From a bacterium (GTDB lineage Bacteria; SM23-31): DNA of 64,000 bases. The notes under the pieces are model-generated. The model saw nothing but the letters and a program-made list of their open reading frames with translations, searched no databases and was not told the origin of the DNA. A program made the translations under genes and the position numbers. The stretch is taken from contig OZ252239.1 of NCBI GenBank assembly GCA_965249485.1, positions 3,008,001 to 3,072,000 of the forward strand. The letters are read 5' to 3'. The first letter of the stretch is position 1, and every line of letters begins with the position of its first letter. Of the stretch, positions 10,696 to 21,513 are shown piece by piece.

Positions 10696-10724
10696 AAAAT
10701 AATGAACTAACGTTCACTTGTCAA
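10696..10724 (-). promoter_or_regulatory. lexA promoter with palindromic operator in the spacer (candidate SOS box)
   Basis: TTGACA (10724-10719), 17 bp, TATTTT (10701-10696); TGAAC-TAAC-GTTCA at 10703-10716. Confidence 0.65.
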
Positions 10725-10845
10725 GGAAAAAATGTATATTTATTGAATAATATGTGCCGTTCCTTCATCAAAACGGGCTGATATATTAAAGTTTGGGAAC
10801 TATTATGAAGAAACTATAGTGTGAACAATAATTGATTCTACCAGC

Positions 10846-11319
10846 GTGAAGATGAACAAAATGCTTTTATATCTTAAAAAAGCAGTCTATATTAAAACAG
10901 TCTTGGGATTAATGTTAGGATGTGCTGTCATAACCATCAGCAGTCCCAACAGGGTATCGGCACAGGATGTTTCAATACTGCCCAGCACCGATTACAAGCT
11001 GGAGATATCCGGAAAGCTGAATGACACAACAGATTTTTTTGGTAGAAAACGGTTTTCCGGTACCATCATCAACAGAGAGAAAAACCGGATAAATTTTATC
11101 AAAGTATCCTTCACACTGCGTGATCGTGAAGGAGAAATACTGGAAACGGTTGAGACGTACATCAGTGGGCAGCGACATAGATATCGTGATCGTCAGGTCA
11201 GCACCAGTTCTCTTTCACCTGGAAGGACCGGAACATTCGACTTCATATCTTCGATCGATGCACAAGATGTCTTCTCATATATCTACACAATAAGCGGCGT
11301 TCAATTCATATACCCATGA
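10846..11319 (+). CDS. exported FxLYD-like domain protein
   Basis: signal peptide; GTIIN...V.FTLRD..GEIL...LSPG.T.TF pattern. Confidence 0.65.
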   Translation: MKMNKMLLYLKKAVYIKTVLGLMLGCAVITISSPNRVSAQDVSILPSTDYKLEISGKLNDTTDFFGRKRFSGTIINREKNRINFIKVSFTLRDREGEILETVETYISGQRHRYRDRQVSTSSLSPGRTGTFDFISSIDAQDVFSYIYTISGVQFIYP

Positions 11320-11371
11320 TATGAGCGGCAAACTGCCTGTATAGCACCGATATACAGGTGATGAATGTATT

Positions 11372-12133
11372 ATGAAGATCAAAGTTCATCGCTCAAAAAT
11401 CAGCAACAAGCGGTTTCAGAAAATCGCCTTCCCCCGTTATTCCCGCAAAGATTTTGAGAATTCCGGAAATAGCACAGAACATACTTCCATCACCAAGGCG
11501 GCAATTACACGCACTTCCGCCAGCTATTCGGAAACCACTGTTATCGGGTGTTTTGCCATTAAAAATCTTAAAGAAATAACTCTCCGCATGAAGGACGATC
11601 CCGAAACGTTCGGGCGGTACTTGAATAAGCTCGTATCGACCTACAATGATATAGTCCTTTCGGATGACGGGATGATCGGGAAATTCTCCGGAACGGGAGC
11701 AATGTTTTCGTTCAAAATTACATCGAACCCCCGTGACGCAATAATCAAAACACTTGTCGCTGCACTGAAAATGCGATATGTATTGAATAAATTCAACCAC
11801 GATTGGGACCAATATCACGGAAATGCATGGCAGGTCGGATTCGGCATAAACTTCGGTGATGTTGAAATTCTGGAAGACCATGATAGTAAACCTTATGTAT
11901 CCATGAATGGAAGAACTGCAGCAATTGCCAAGGGGATCTCACGTTCAGCGGGTAGCAGTCAAGTCCTTATCACCGAATCGATGTATTTGCAATTCCCTTT
12001 TCTCGAAACTTCATTCGATGTAAAACCACCGCGGCACGTGCCTGTAAAGGGGCAGAAATTTGTCAGTAACATCCGAGAAGTAGTCGGAATGGTCGGCCCT
12101 CAGGCTAAGAAAATTTATGAAGTATATGTTTGA
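11372..12133 (+). CDS. class III adenylate/guanylate cyclase-like protein, catalytic residues degenerate
   Basis: GMIGKFSG.GAM.F, GFGINFGDV, VLITE, VKG scaffold motifs. Confidence 0.7.
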   Translation: MKIKVHRSKISNKRFQKIAFPRYSRKDFENSGNSTEHTSITKAAITRTSASYSETTVIGCFAIKNLKEITLRMKDDPETFGRYLNKLVSTYNDIVLSDDGMIGKFSGTGAMFSFKITSNPRDAIIKTLVAALKMRYVLNKFNHDWDQYHGNAWQVGFGINFGDVEILEDHDSKPYVSMNGRTAAIAKGISRSAGSSQVLITESMYLQFPFLETSFDVKPPRHVPVKGQKFVSNIREVVGMVGPQAKKIYEVYV

Positions 12134-12222
12134 TGTTTACTGTGTAGTTTGAATCATATTACCCTCTTTTTTCTGTTTTCTCACGACTCATTCACTCTTC
12201 TTATATAATCAGTAAAAATTCC

Positions 12223-12251
12223 TTGACTTTTTTTGATAAAATGGATATATT
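12223..12251 (+). promoter_or_regulatory. sigma70 promoter of groESL
   Basis: TTGACT (12223-12228), 17 bp, TATATT (12246-12251). Confidence 0.75.
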
Positions 12252-12277
12252 TAGCACTCTTCCATTTAGAGTGCTAA
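12251..12277 (+). promoter_or_regulatory. CIRCE element (HrcA operator)
   Basis: perfect TTAGCACTC-N9-GAGTGCTAA upstream of groES. Confidence 0.97.
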
Positions 12278-12383
12278 CAAAGGTCTCACCTTGTTTAGCG
12301 CTTAATTTCCGTAATCTGACATGTAATTACGTTTAAAGTTCTCGTTTTAATTTTTAATATAATACAATTTAGGAGGCAGTAAT

Positions 12384-12671
12384 ATGAAGATTAAACCGCT
12401 TGATGATCGGATTGTAGTAAAAGCTTTGGATCCGATAGATAAAACTAAAGGAGGAATCTACTTGCCTGACACAGCAAAGGAAAAACCTCAGGAAGGCAAA
12501 GTAATAGCCGTTGGACCGGGTAGACATTCTGATACCGGTGAGCTTATCAAACCGAGTGTCAAAGTTGGCGACCAGGTTCTCTACTCAAAATACGGCGGAA
12601 CAGAAGTGACCGTTGAAGGCGAAGAATATCTGATCGTTCGTGAAAGTGAACTTCTCGCTGTTATAGGATAA
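12384..12671 (+). CDS. groES: co-chaperonin GroES
   Basis: IKPLDDRIVV, TKGGIYLPDTAKEKPQEG, SKYGGTEV; AGGAGG RBS. Confidence 0.98.
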   Translation: MKIKPLDDRIVVKALDPIDKTKGGIYLPDTAKEKPQEGKVIAVGPGRHSDTGELIKPSVKVGDQVLYSKYGGTEVTVEGEEYLIVRESELLAVIG

Positions 12672-12706
12672 AAAATTAGCTGTTTATATGAAATAGGAGG
12701 TATTAA

Positions 12707-14338
<1,632 letters not shown>

Positions 14339-14360
14339 TTTTTGTCCTACTGTTCCTTAT

Positions 14361-14398
14361 AAAAAACCCCGCTCTTTAATCACGAGCGGGTTTTTTTT
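14361..14398. terminator. intrinsic terminator, probably bidirectional (groEL / rsbW-like)
   Basis: AAAAAAC-CCCGCTC-loop-GAGCGGG-TTTTTTTT between convergent genes; a second hairpin TGCAATT..AATTGCA follows at about 14400-14423. Confidence 0.9.
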
Positions 14399-14428
14399 GT
14401 GCAATTTCTAATGAGGAATTGCAGCAAA

Positions 14429-14857
14429 TCAAATATGCTTGATAATAGTGATTGTGGTCCCCTTATCTGAAAATGAATAATCTAGGCTATCCATCAGTTT
14501 ATTGAGCAGAAAAATCCCTCTTCCGCTGATCCGTTCGATGTTATCCGGATCGAGTGGATTACCCACTTTTGAAGGATCGAAACCTTTTCCTTCATCGGTT
14601 ACTGACACTGAAACTTCGTGAATTGACGCAATGCAGCAGATTGACACGTGTTTCGATTTATCCTGTTTATTTCCGTGAATAATAGCATTGTTGACCAACT
14701 CAGTCACAGCGATAAGAATGTCTTCCCTTTTGTCATCTGAAATATCGATAAGGTGCGTAAACTTTTCTGTAAATTGCTCAACTCTTTCAAGATTGACAAT
14801 GTCACTTGTGATCTTCAACTCACAATCATGCTTATCATTTAAAGTCATAGTCATCAA
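14429..14857 (-). CDS. anti-sigma factor Ser/Thr kinase (RsbW-like HATPase)
   Basis: ELVNNAIIHGN, DEGKGFD, GRGIFL, GT. Confidence 0.88.
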   Translation of the reverse strand: MMTMTLNDKHDCELKITSDIVNLERVEQFTEKFTHLIDISDDKREDILIAVTELVNNAIIHGNKQDKSKHVSICCIASIHEVSVSVTDEGKGFDPSKVGNPLDPDNIERISGRGIFLLNKLMDSLDYSFSDKGTTITIIKHI

Positions 14858-14918
14858 TCTTTAAATTACTGAGTTTCTGCAAAAACAAAAATAAGATTAA
14901 TAGTATAGGGATTATTAT

Positions 14919-16805
14919 TTAAAAAAGCCAGTCTACGGATAGATCAACAAACTGGAATTCCCGGTTGCTGCTGCCCTGTGTAACAAACCGTTTCGATGCA
15001 CCTAAGGATATAAGTGATGTTTCATTTATCTGGTAGTTAATTGCAAGCGATATACCTGTATCATTTATTTTCGAGAATCTTTTCTGAAATTCATTCAATA
15101 CTTTAACCTGGTGATGCGTCTCTTTACGTGAAAAAAACTGTATCCCCGGTTTAAGGGTGAAAGCTGGTGTCACATGATAAGCGTAATTTAACATTCCGGA
15201 AACTATCGTTCTATCAATCAGAATATTCTGCACAAAATCTTTCCACCGAAGGAGCCCATTTTCTTCCAGATTGAGCTGAAAAGATGCTTCAATTTCCCCA
15301 TGACGGGTTACGGGAAATTCAAAAGCATGATTCATCGAATACCGCCTGAACACAAAACTCCTGATACGGATAAAAGTATTTTCAAAATCATAATCAACAT
15401 AATTAGCAAGCACACTGAATGTACTTGCTAATCGGAATCCCGAGGGTGATCTATAGGTAATTGTGCTGCCTGTCTGAAATATTCTGTTCCAATTATTATC
15501 TGCACTTCGTTGTTGAAAAATATAGATAAGATGATTTAGACTCGCAAGCGACTCAAATGAGACTAGTGTGTTTGGATTGATATTAAAGGCATAGGTTCCC
15601 TGCACCCTGTATCGCAATTCATCTCGATCATCAAAATTACTCTGAGACGGCGTATTATATTGCAACTTTTCCACATAACTTTCTAACATAAAGCTGCTGT
15701 TCCTCCATCCTGCGCCTTCTGCTTCCAACCCGAGGGCAATTTTTTTCACATCGTTATCGGGTAAGCTGAATGGAACAGAACCAAATACAATTTCCTCATC
15801 CCTATCCGTTTTATAACGCTGCTGCACATTTTGCAGACGCAGGTTAAGCATACTCCTATGTTTCAATCGAGATGCAAGAACAGCAATATCAACCATTATG
15901 TTCCGGTCATCGCGTGAACGCTGAGCGACACCTGCACCCCCTGATATTGATGATATATCAACATCCCCGGCAATAATCTCAGTGTTGACTCTTACTTGAG
16001 CTGTTTTGGTAATTGCATAATTCAAAGTATTGGTAACAGTCTGCACCTGTTCTTTTCGTGTTTCAAGGTTTCCTGCAATTGAAACATAATAATCTCTTCT
16101 TTGTGATGAATTGTGATAGGTAAGCGTATCTGCAGCCTCTTTGGAAAATTGTCGAAAAACAGAAAATGATACAGAGTGGTTTCTGTTTTTCCGTACGCTC
16201 AGATTTTCGGAAAAATATTGTGCCTGAGCTTCCGTTGTATAATCACCCACTTTTTGTTCAAGGACAATAAGGTTTACGCCGAACTGAGGTCCTTTATCGG
16301 TCTTATCAATTCGCTTATCTGCTTTATAACCAAATGAAGGTGATAGCACAATACTATTGTTGATAGATATAGGTATTTGAACATCTAAGCTGTTTTCTTG
16401 AATTTTATTTAAAAATCCTGTTTGGAGATCCGACAAATAGTGTGACGATACATTTACAACCGGCCTGACAGCTTCATACATACGCAACGAGTATTGTGCA
16501 GAAAAGCGATTTATGTCTTTCCATTTATCATCAAATAACGGTATTTTAATTCTGCTTACATCAAATGTATTCGTTATAGTCAGATATCCTTTTCCGACAG
16601 TTCTCGCAAATGCAGCTTTTCCTCTCCAATAATAGATATTATTATTTTGATTATAACTGACCGCAAAATTCCAAGGCTGCGGTGTGTTCTTCGTTCTAAC
16701 TGGAGATGGCATACCGACCTGTGCAACGAGCTCAAATGGGATGAACATTGTTAATACGAAAAGCAGTCCCTTTAATAATACATAATTTCTACTGATTAAT
16801 TTCAT
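14919..16805 (-). CDS. hypothetical outer-membrane beta-barrel protein
   Basis: signal peptide, alternating aromatic/polar strands, C-terminal Phe (VDWLF). Confidence 0.6.
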   Translation of the reverse strand: MKLISRNYVLLKGLLFVLTMFIPFELVAQVGMPSPVRTKNTPQPWNFAVSYNQNNNIYYWRGKAAFARTVGKGYLTITNTFDVSRIKIPLFDDKWKDINRFSAQYSLRMYEAVRPVVNVSSHYLSDLQTGFLNKIQENSLDVQIPISINNSIVLSPSFGYKADKRIDKTDKGPQFGVNLIVLEQKVGDYTTEAQAQYFSENLSVRKNRNHSVSFSVFRQFSKEAADTLTYHNSSQRRDYYVSIAGNLETRKEQVQTVTNTLNYAITKTAQVRVNTEIIAGDVDISSISGGAGVAQRSRDDRNIMVDIAVLASRLKHRSMLNLRLQNVQQRYKTDRDEEIVFGSVPFSLPDNDVKKIALGLEAEGAGWRNSSFMLESYVEKLQYNTPSQSNFDDRDELRYRVQGTYAFNINPNTLVSFESLASLNHLIYIFQQRSADNNWNRIFQTGSTITYRSPSGFRLASTFSVLANYVDYDFENTFIRIRSFVFRRYSMNHAFEFPVTRHGEIEASFQLNLEENGLLRWKDFVQNILIDRTIVSGMLNYAYHVTPAFTLKPGIQFFSRKETHHQVKVLNEFQKRFSKINDTGISLAINYQINETSLISLGASKRFVTQGSSNREFQFVDLSVDWLF

Positions 16806-16841
16806 GATTATTAAAGGTAAGCTTAGATTAAGGTAGGGAGA

Positions 16842-17201
16842 TTAGTGATCACGGTCTTGAGAAGATGGCTTTACAATATAGACCTTTTCATCTTGTTTGA
16901 CGAGCCCATATTTTTCCCGTGCTATACGCTGAATATATTCCGGATCTTCTTTTTTTAACAGATCCATTTCTGTCTGTAACTTTTCTGCTTCTTGTTCAAG
17001 CTGCAATAACTGTGTTGCAAGCTCAACTTCAACTCTCTGTAGCTGATAATACCTGTAGAAACCATAGTCGCCAAAACCAAAAACATACAGAACAAACAGT
17101 ATCAAAAGAGCAGCACAAAATTGCTTCGCAGTTTTTTTCCGCTTCAATAATACTTTTGATACATTCTTTGTTTTATAGGTCTTTACTCTTTTAGAGGCCA
17201 T
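16842..17201 (-). CDS. ftsB: septum formation initiator FtsB/DivIC
   Basis: TM helix + FGDYG + coiled coil + YIQRIAREKYGLVK.DE. Confidence 0.85.
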   Translation of the reverse strand: MASKRVKTYKTKNVSKVLLKRKKTAKQFCAALLILFVLYVFGFGDYGFYRYYQLQRVEVELATQLLQLEQEAEKLQTEMDLLKKEDPEYIQRIAREKYGLVKQDEKVYIVKPSSQDRDH

Positions 17202-17246
17202 AATTTGATAATCGTCAAATATCTAAAAATAAAAATACGAATTTGT

Positions 17247-18301
17247 TTATTGTATTGCATCAACAAAAATATTTTTATGCAACATTGCATGGACACCCTT
17301 TTTCCCGTCGACCAGTTGTGTTATACTGAGGTCTACCGCAATACTGCTTAACATATATGCGTCTTCACGTGTCATCGATTTTTCATGAACAAGAAAATCG
17401 ATCATTTCACGCACCGCAATTTTAGTTGCATTTGTAAGGTCTTCGTCGGTCCCCATTGTAATATAATGGGTAGTGGTTTCAGCACGTGGCCAAGTAAGGT
17501 GCATATCCTTTCTGACATGAAAGGATATGCACCCTTGAGTGAGGTTTCCAGAGCGGTTATATCAACTTCTCCATTACCCTGTGCAGCATGACCATCACCT
17601 ATTTGAAACAGTGCCCCTTCGACATGAATTGGAATAAAAAGTGTCGTACCTGCAACAAGCTCTTTGTTATCAAGATTCCCTGCATGTATCCATGGAGGTG
17701 AGCTGCTTATTCTTCCGGCATCCTCTGGAGGGGCAACACCCATACTTCCAAAAAAGGGTTTTAATGGCACTTCGATATTCTTACTAAATTTCGCAACTTT
17801 TCTCGCCGCATCAAGGGGCACAATTTTAATTACAGGATTGTCGAATTCATTTGAAAGAAAACCGTTCCCTACCCCTATCTTATTATAAGCATAGGGTATG
17901 GCTGTTTCAATCGAAAGTATATTAACTTCAAGCACATCACCGGGCTCTGCACCATTAATATAGATCGGCCCGGTTAAAAGATGTGGCCCGGGTCCTCTAT
18001 CAGAAACAATACTATGAACATCTCTGAGTTCTTGTTCAATATCCTGCTGGGGAACTCCCGCTTCTTCGAGCATTTCAGGGCTGCCTACAAGGAGTGTTCT
18101 GATCCGTACAACATCACCTGAGTTTATAGTGAGAGCCGGCTCTGTTTGTGAATAATAATGGCCCCAGACAACATTTTCAGGTGTAGGATTCAGATGATGC
18201 ATTTGAGTGATTTGCGCATCGGATTGAGTGTCTTGTTGAGAGCACGATACAATGAGAAAGAAAAATGTAATACTATAGAATGCATAACTTTTCAGGAACA
18301 T
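17247..18301 (-). pseudogene. acetamidase/formamidase-family lipoprotein, -1 frameshift near 17515
   Basis: GPHLLTGPI, GNLDN, GDGHAAQGNGEV in the 5' frame; HLTWPRAET...AYMLSSIAVDL..TQLVDG in the 3' frame; one added base joins them (about 351 aa); may be an assembly error. Confidence 0.85.
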
Positions 18302-18369
18302 CGGTACTAGCCTTACGGTAAAAACTAATCTTTTCCAAAATTGCGTAAACATTGTTATACCTAATTCAT

Positions 18370-19677
18370 TTAGAACAGTCCCATGAATTTCTTTTTTTGT
18401 ATGGGCGTCAGACTTTCTGCAACGCCTTTATCAATACCTTTTTTTATAAGAATTGCCCGGATTTCTTCCGGCGGTTTATCACCAATCTTTTTCATAATCT
18501 CTTTAGCTTCCTGTCGAATTTTTTTCATTTTTGCACTTTTTATATCTCCCATAATATCTCTGGCTTTGCTCATAAGTGCATCAAGTTTTTTTAACTGCAA
18601 ATCGAACCGACGAAGATCTTCTACGGGTATAGGTGTATCACTTTTTTCTGACTCTTTGATTTTCTGCTCAAGTCTCTGTTTTGTTTTTTGCCCTCGTCCG
18701 AGTGCGGAATTTAAAGTTTTAAATCCTTCTTCCTGTTCGTCGATTTTTAAATGGATCCCGGCAATGAGTATCAGAAGGTCAACTTCAGCAACGACACTTT
18801 TGATCGCCTGAGAATGCGTGAATGCTAAATTTAAAAATTTTATGGCAGCTTTCATTGCTGCTGCCTCTTCGCCTGGAACTTCAGGCCATCCTTTTTTGAG
18901 AAATTCGATTAGTTTGTTCAGTGTGTTTATAATTTTATCACTGACGTCTTTATTCGAATCTACCTCTCTATACAGCCATCCTAAACGGAGGTAAAACCTT
19001 CCGATTCTAAATACATTACGTTCTTCGGTTTCCTCCATAATCTCTTGAATGAAAATAGCAAGCAAATGCAGTTTAATTGCTTGATAATAATTCATTTTAT
19101 TGTAATCAATATTTTCACCAAGCTTATCGACTATTTTCTCAACACGTGGGTCATCGTGATACTTATCGATAAATGCGTCTTTCAGAAATCGGAAATTGCT
19201 GTACTGATCTTTGAGAGGATTTCCATATTCAGCATAATAATCTGAGTAGTGGCAGTTAGGGCAATGCCATATATAATAAAGGTGCGGAAGATAGTTCTCA
19301 AATGCCTTTTCTGTCCACATGTATTTTCCGACATGTTTATCTAAATCCACATTACGTTCAGAATATATCTTTGAATGAAACCATCTCTGCTCGTTTGCTG
19401 CATCACACACAGGGCATTTTGTCTTCCTAATATAGAATGGACTTTTATCAGGATCTTCCTCCGCAACTGCGACAGGAGCGGCTTTCTCTGTTGCAACCGC
19501 AGCTTCAGCTTTTTTCTTTGCAGCCTTCTTCTCTACAGCTGGCCTCATCTTGGCTGCACAGTCACTGCAGACAAGGAAGTCAAAATCGTAATGTGAACCG
19601 CATAAATTGTCACGATTGCAGTTTGGACATGAAAAATTATCCGTTTCGTCAAATTCACTGCATATTGGACATTTCAC
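18370..19677 (-). CDS. DUF2225-like protein with extra N-terminal Zn finger
   Basis: GGGAGG RBS + GTG at 19677; CPVC..CPNC pair and LRLGWLYRE resemble DUF2225; 8-ligand Cys/His N-terminus. Confidence 0.7.
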   Translation of the reverse strand: MKCPICSEFDETDNFSCPNCNRDNLCGSHYDFDFLVCSDCAAKMRPAVEKKAAKKKAEAAVATEKAAPVAVAEEDPDKSPFYIRKTKCPVCDAANEQRWFHSKIYSERNVDLDKHVGKYMWTEKAFENYLPHLYYIWHCPNCHYSDYYAEYGNPLKDQYSNFRFLKDAFIDKYHDDPRVEKIVDKLGENIDYNKMNYYQAIKLHLLAIFIQEIMEETEERNVFRIGRFYLRLGWLYREVDSNKDVSDKIINTLNKLIEFLKKGWPEVPGEEAAAMKAAIKFLNLAFTHSQAIKSVVAEVDLLILIAGIHLKIDEQEEGFKTLNSALGRGQKTKQRLEQKIKESEKSDTPIPVEDLRRFDLQLKKLDALMSKARDIMGDIKSAKMKKIRQEAKEIMKKIGDKPPEEIRAILIKKGIDKGVAESLTPIQKKKFMGLF

Positions 19678-20060
19678 GTAAAGCCCTCCCAAAGTATAAA
19701 ACTATGATAGATTTTCTTTATTTAAATAGCGTCATTTTGACAATCAATATCAGAAAGCATTATTATCGGAAATTGTCGGAGTCAATGCTGCATATTATGA
19801 GACAAGATAGTTGTGAACTAATAGCTAAGATCAGTGGAGAAATATATATATTTATGTATGCAAATGCAAATTCTTTTCGTATCACTAAGAAGCAACCTCT
19901 AGAATTGACTTTCAATAATATCTTGACTCGCAAGTGAGCGTTTTGTACCTTTTCATATTAAAGATATTTGCAATCACTCCCTGAGCATGTTCCCGATTTA
20001 CTTCATTATTTGTTGAGAGCATCTTTTACTCCAATGGATGACAACTCCGAATAACTGAAA

Positions 20061-21446
20061 TTGAATAAAGGTAACCCTGTTATGTTTCACTTCTACAGGA
20101 ATTCTGGTATATTTTCGCTTGTCATATTGATTTTATCAATCAATAATATAACTTCTGCAGGGCAATCTTCAGACGAGTTTGCTACCCGTCGTAACGCCAT
20201 TTTTGATACAATGAATGTCAACAGTGTCCTCATAATGCGGGCACTTGAACCATCTGAGGAATTCAGTTCCTACCGTCAGGAGAATAACTTCTATTATCTG
20301 ACAGGTGTGATGGAGCCCAATTCCGCCCTCATTATTGCAAAACAATCTTTGGGAGATAATAGTTTATACAATGATGCTCAGCATGCGTTATTGTTTATTC
20401 AGGAACGTAATAATGATCGAGCTGATTGGGACCCGGCATCTCTCGGCATTGAGGGAGCACAAACAGAACTTGGATTTCAGCAAGTGTTGCCTTATCGGGA
20501 CTTTCAGGAGGTTCTGGAAGAGACTCTCCGCAACAATTATTCAACTGTTTACATGGATTATTCCCGTTCAAAACGACTCACAGACCCTTTGACTGCTGAT
20601 GAAGCACTTTTTCATAATGCACGGGAACGGGGTGCCCACTTTGAAGTCATGTCTCCTGTTCCTTTAGTACTGTTGCTGCGAGAAATCAAATCTGATTCGG
20701 AAATCATTCTGTTGAAGACCGCTATCAATGTGACGGCTGAAGCACATAAAGAAGCAATGCGCTCCATTAAACCGAGCATAAAGGAATATCACCTGCAAGC
20801 CGTTGTTGAGCATGTATTTACTATCAACAATTCCAAATCTGGTTTTAAATCCATTATTGCATCAGGGCCGAATACCGTTGTGCTCCACTGGGATGAGAAC
20901 AGTAGAACAATGGAAGACGGAGATTTGGTTGTCGTCGACATCGGAGCAGAATATGGTATGTATACAGCGGATATTACAAGAACGATCCCGGTAAACGGCG
21001 CCTACTCACATCGGCAAAGAGAAATTTACTCCCTTGTTCTCGCCGCTCAAAATGCAGGCATTGATTTACTCAAACCAGGTGTGCAGTGGAGTGAAATTAA
21101 TAAAGCGGTAAATGAGACATTGCGGAAAGGTTTAAAAAAATTTGGAATGATTGAAGAGGATTCAGAATTACGAAAGTACTTTTATCATGGATTGGGCCAT
21201 GGAATAGGATTGTACGTTCATGACAATACGAATCTATCAACACTAGAAGCAGGCATGATTATTACCGTTGAACCGGGTTTATATATACGAGAAGAAGGAC
21301 TTGGAGTGCGGATAGAAGATGACTTTCTCATAACGGAATCGGGATATATTCATTTATCTTATGGGGCACCGAGATCAATAGATAAAATCGAATCAATTAT
21401 GAAAGAATCAGGAACTAATTTCCAGCGATATTTACTCGATAAATAA
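20061..21446 (+). CDS. pepP: exported Xaa-Pro aminopeptidase (M24B)
   Basis: YRQENNFYYLTG, DIG..YTADITRT, HGLGHGIGL.VHD, TVEPG, VRIEDD; signal peptide (start may be ATG 20082). Confidence 0.88.
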   Translation: MNKGNPVMFHFYRNSGIFSLVILILSINNITSAGQSSDEFATRRNAIFDTMNVNSVLIMRALEPSEEFSSYRQENNFYYLTGVMEPNSALIIAKQSLGDNSLYNDAQHALLFIQERNNDRADWDPASLGIEGAQTELGFQQVLPYRDFQEVLEETLRNNYSTVYMDYSRSKRLTDPLTADEALFHNARERGAHFEVMSPVPLVLLLREIKSDSEIILLKTAINVTAEAHKEAMRSIKPSIKEYHLQAVVEHVFTINNSKSGFKSIIASGPNTVVLHWDENSRTMEDGDLVVVDIGAEYGMYTADITRTIPVNGAYSHRQREIYSLVLAAQNAGIDLLKPGVQWSEINKAVNETLRKGLKKFGMIEEDSELRKYFYHGLGHGIGLYVHDNTNLSTLEAGMIITVEPGLYIREEGLGVRIEDDFLITESGYIHLSYGAPRSIDKIESIMKESGTNFQRYLLDK

Positions 21447-21513
21447 TCTATATTAATTTTCAGGCTTGAAATATACTATTATTTGCTTATCTCTTCAGAA
21501 ATAGGAGCGGTAT

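Noticed and set aside
19840..19853. AAATATATATATTT palindrome
   Set aside because: Low-complexity AT microsatellite
19437..19937. 166-aa plus-strand ORF
   Set aside because: Half overlaps the DUF2225-like gene antisense and has no recognisable motifs
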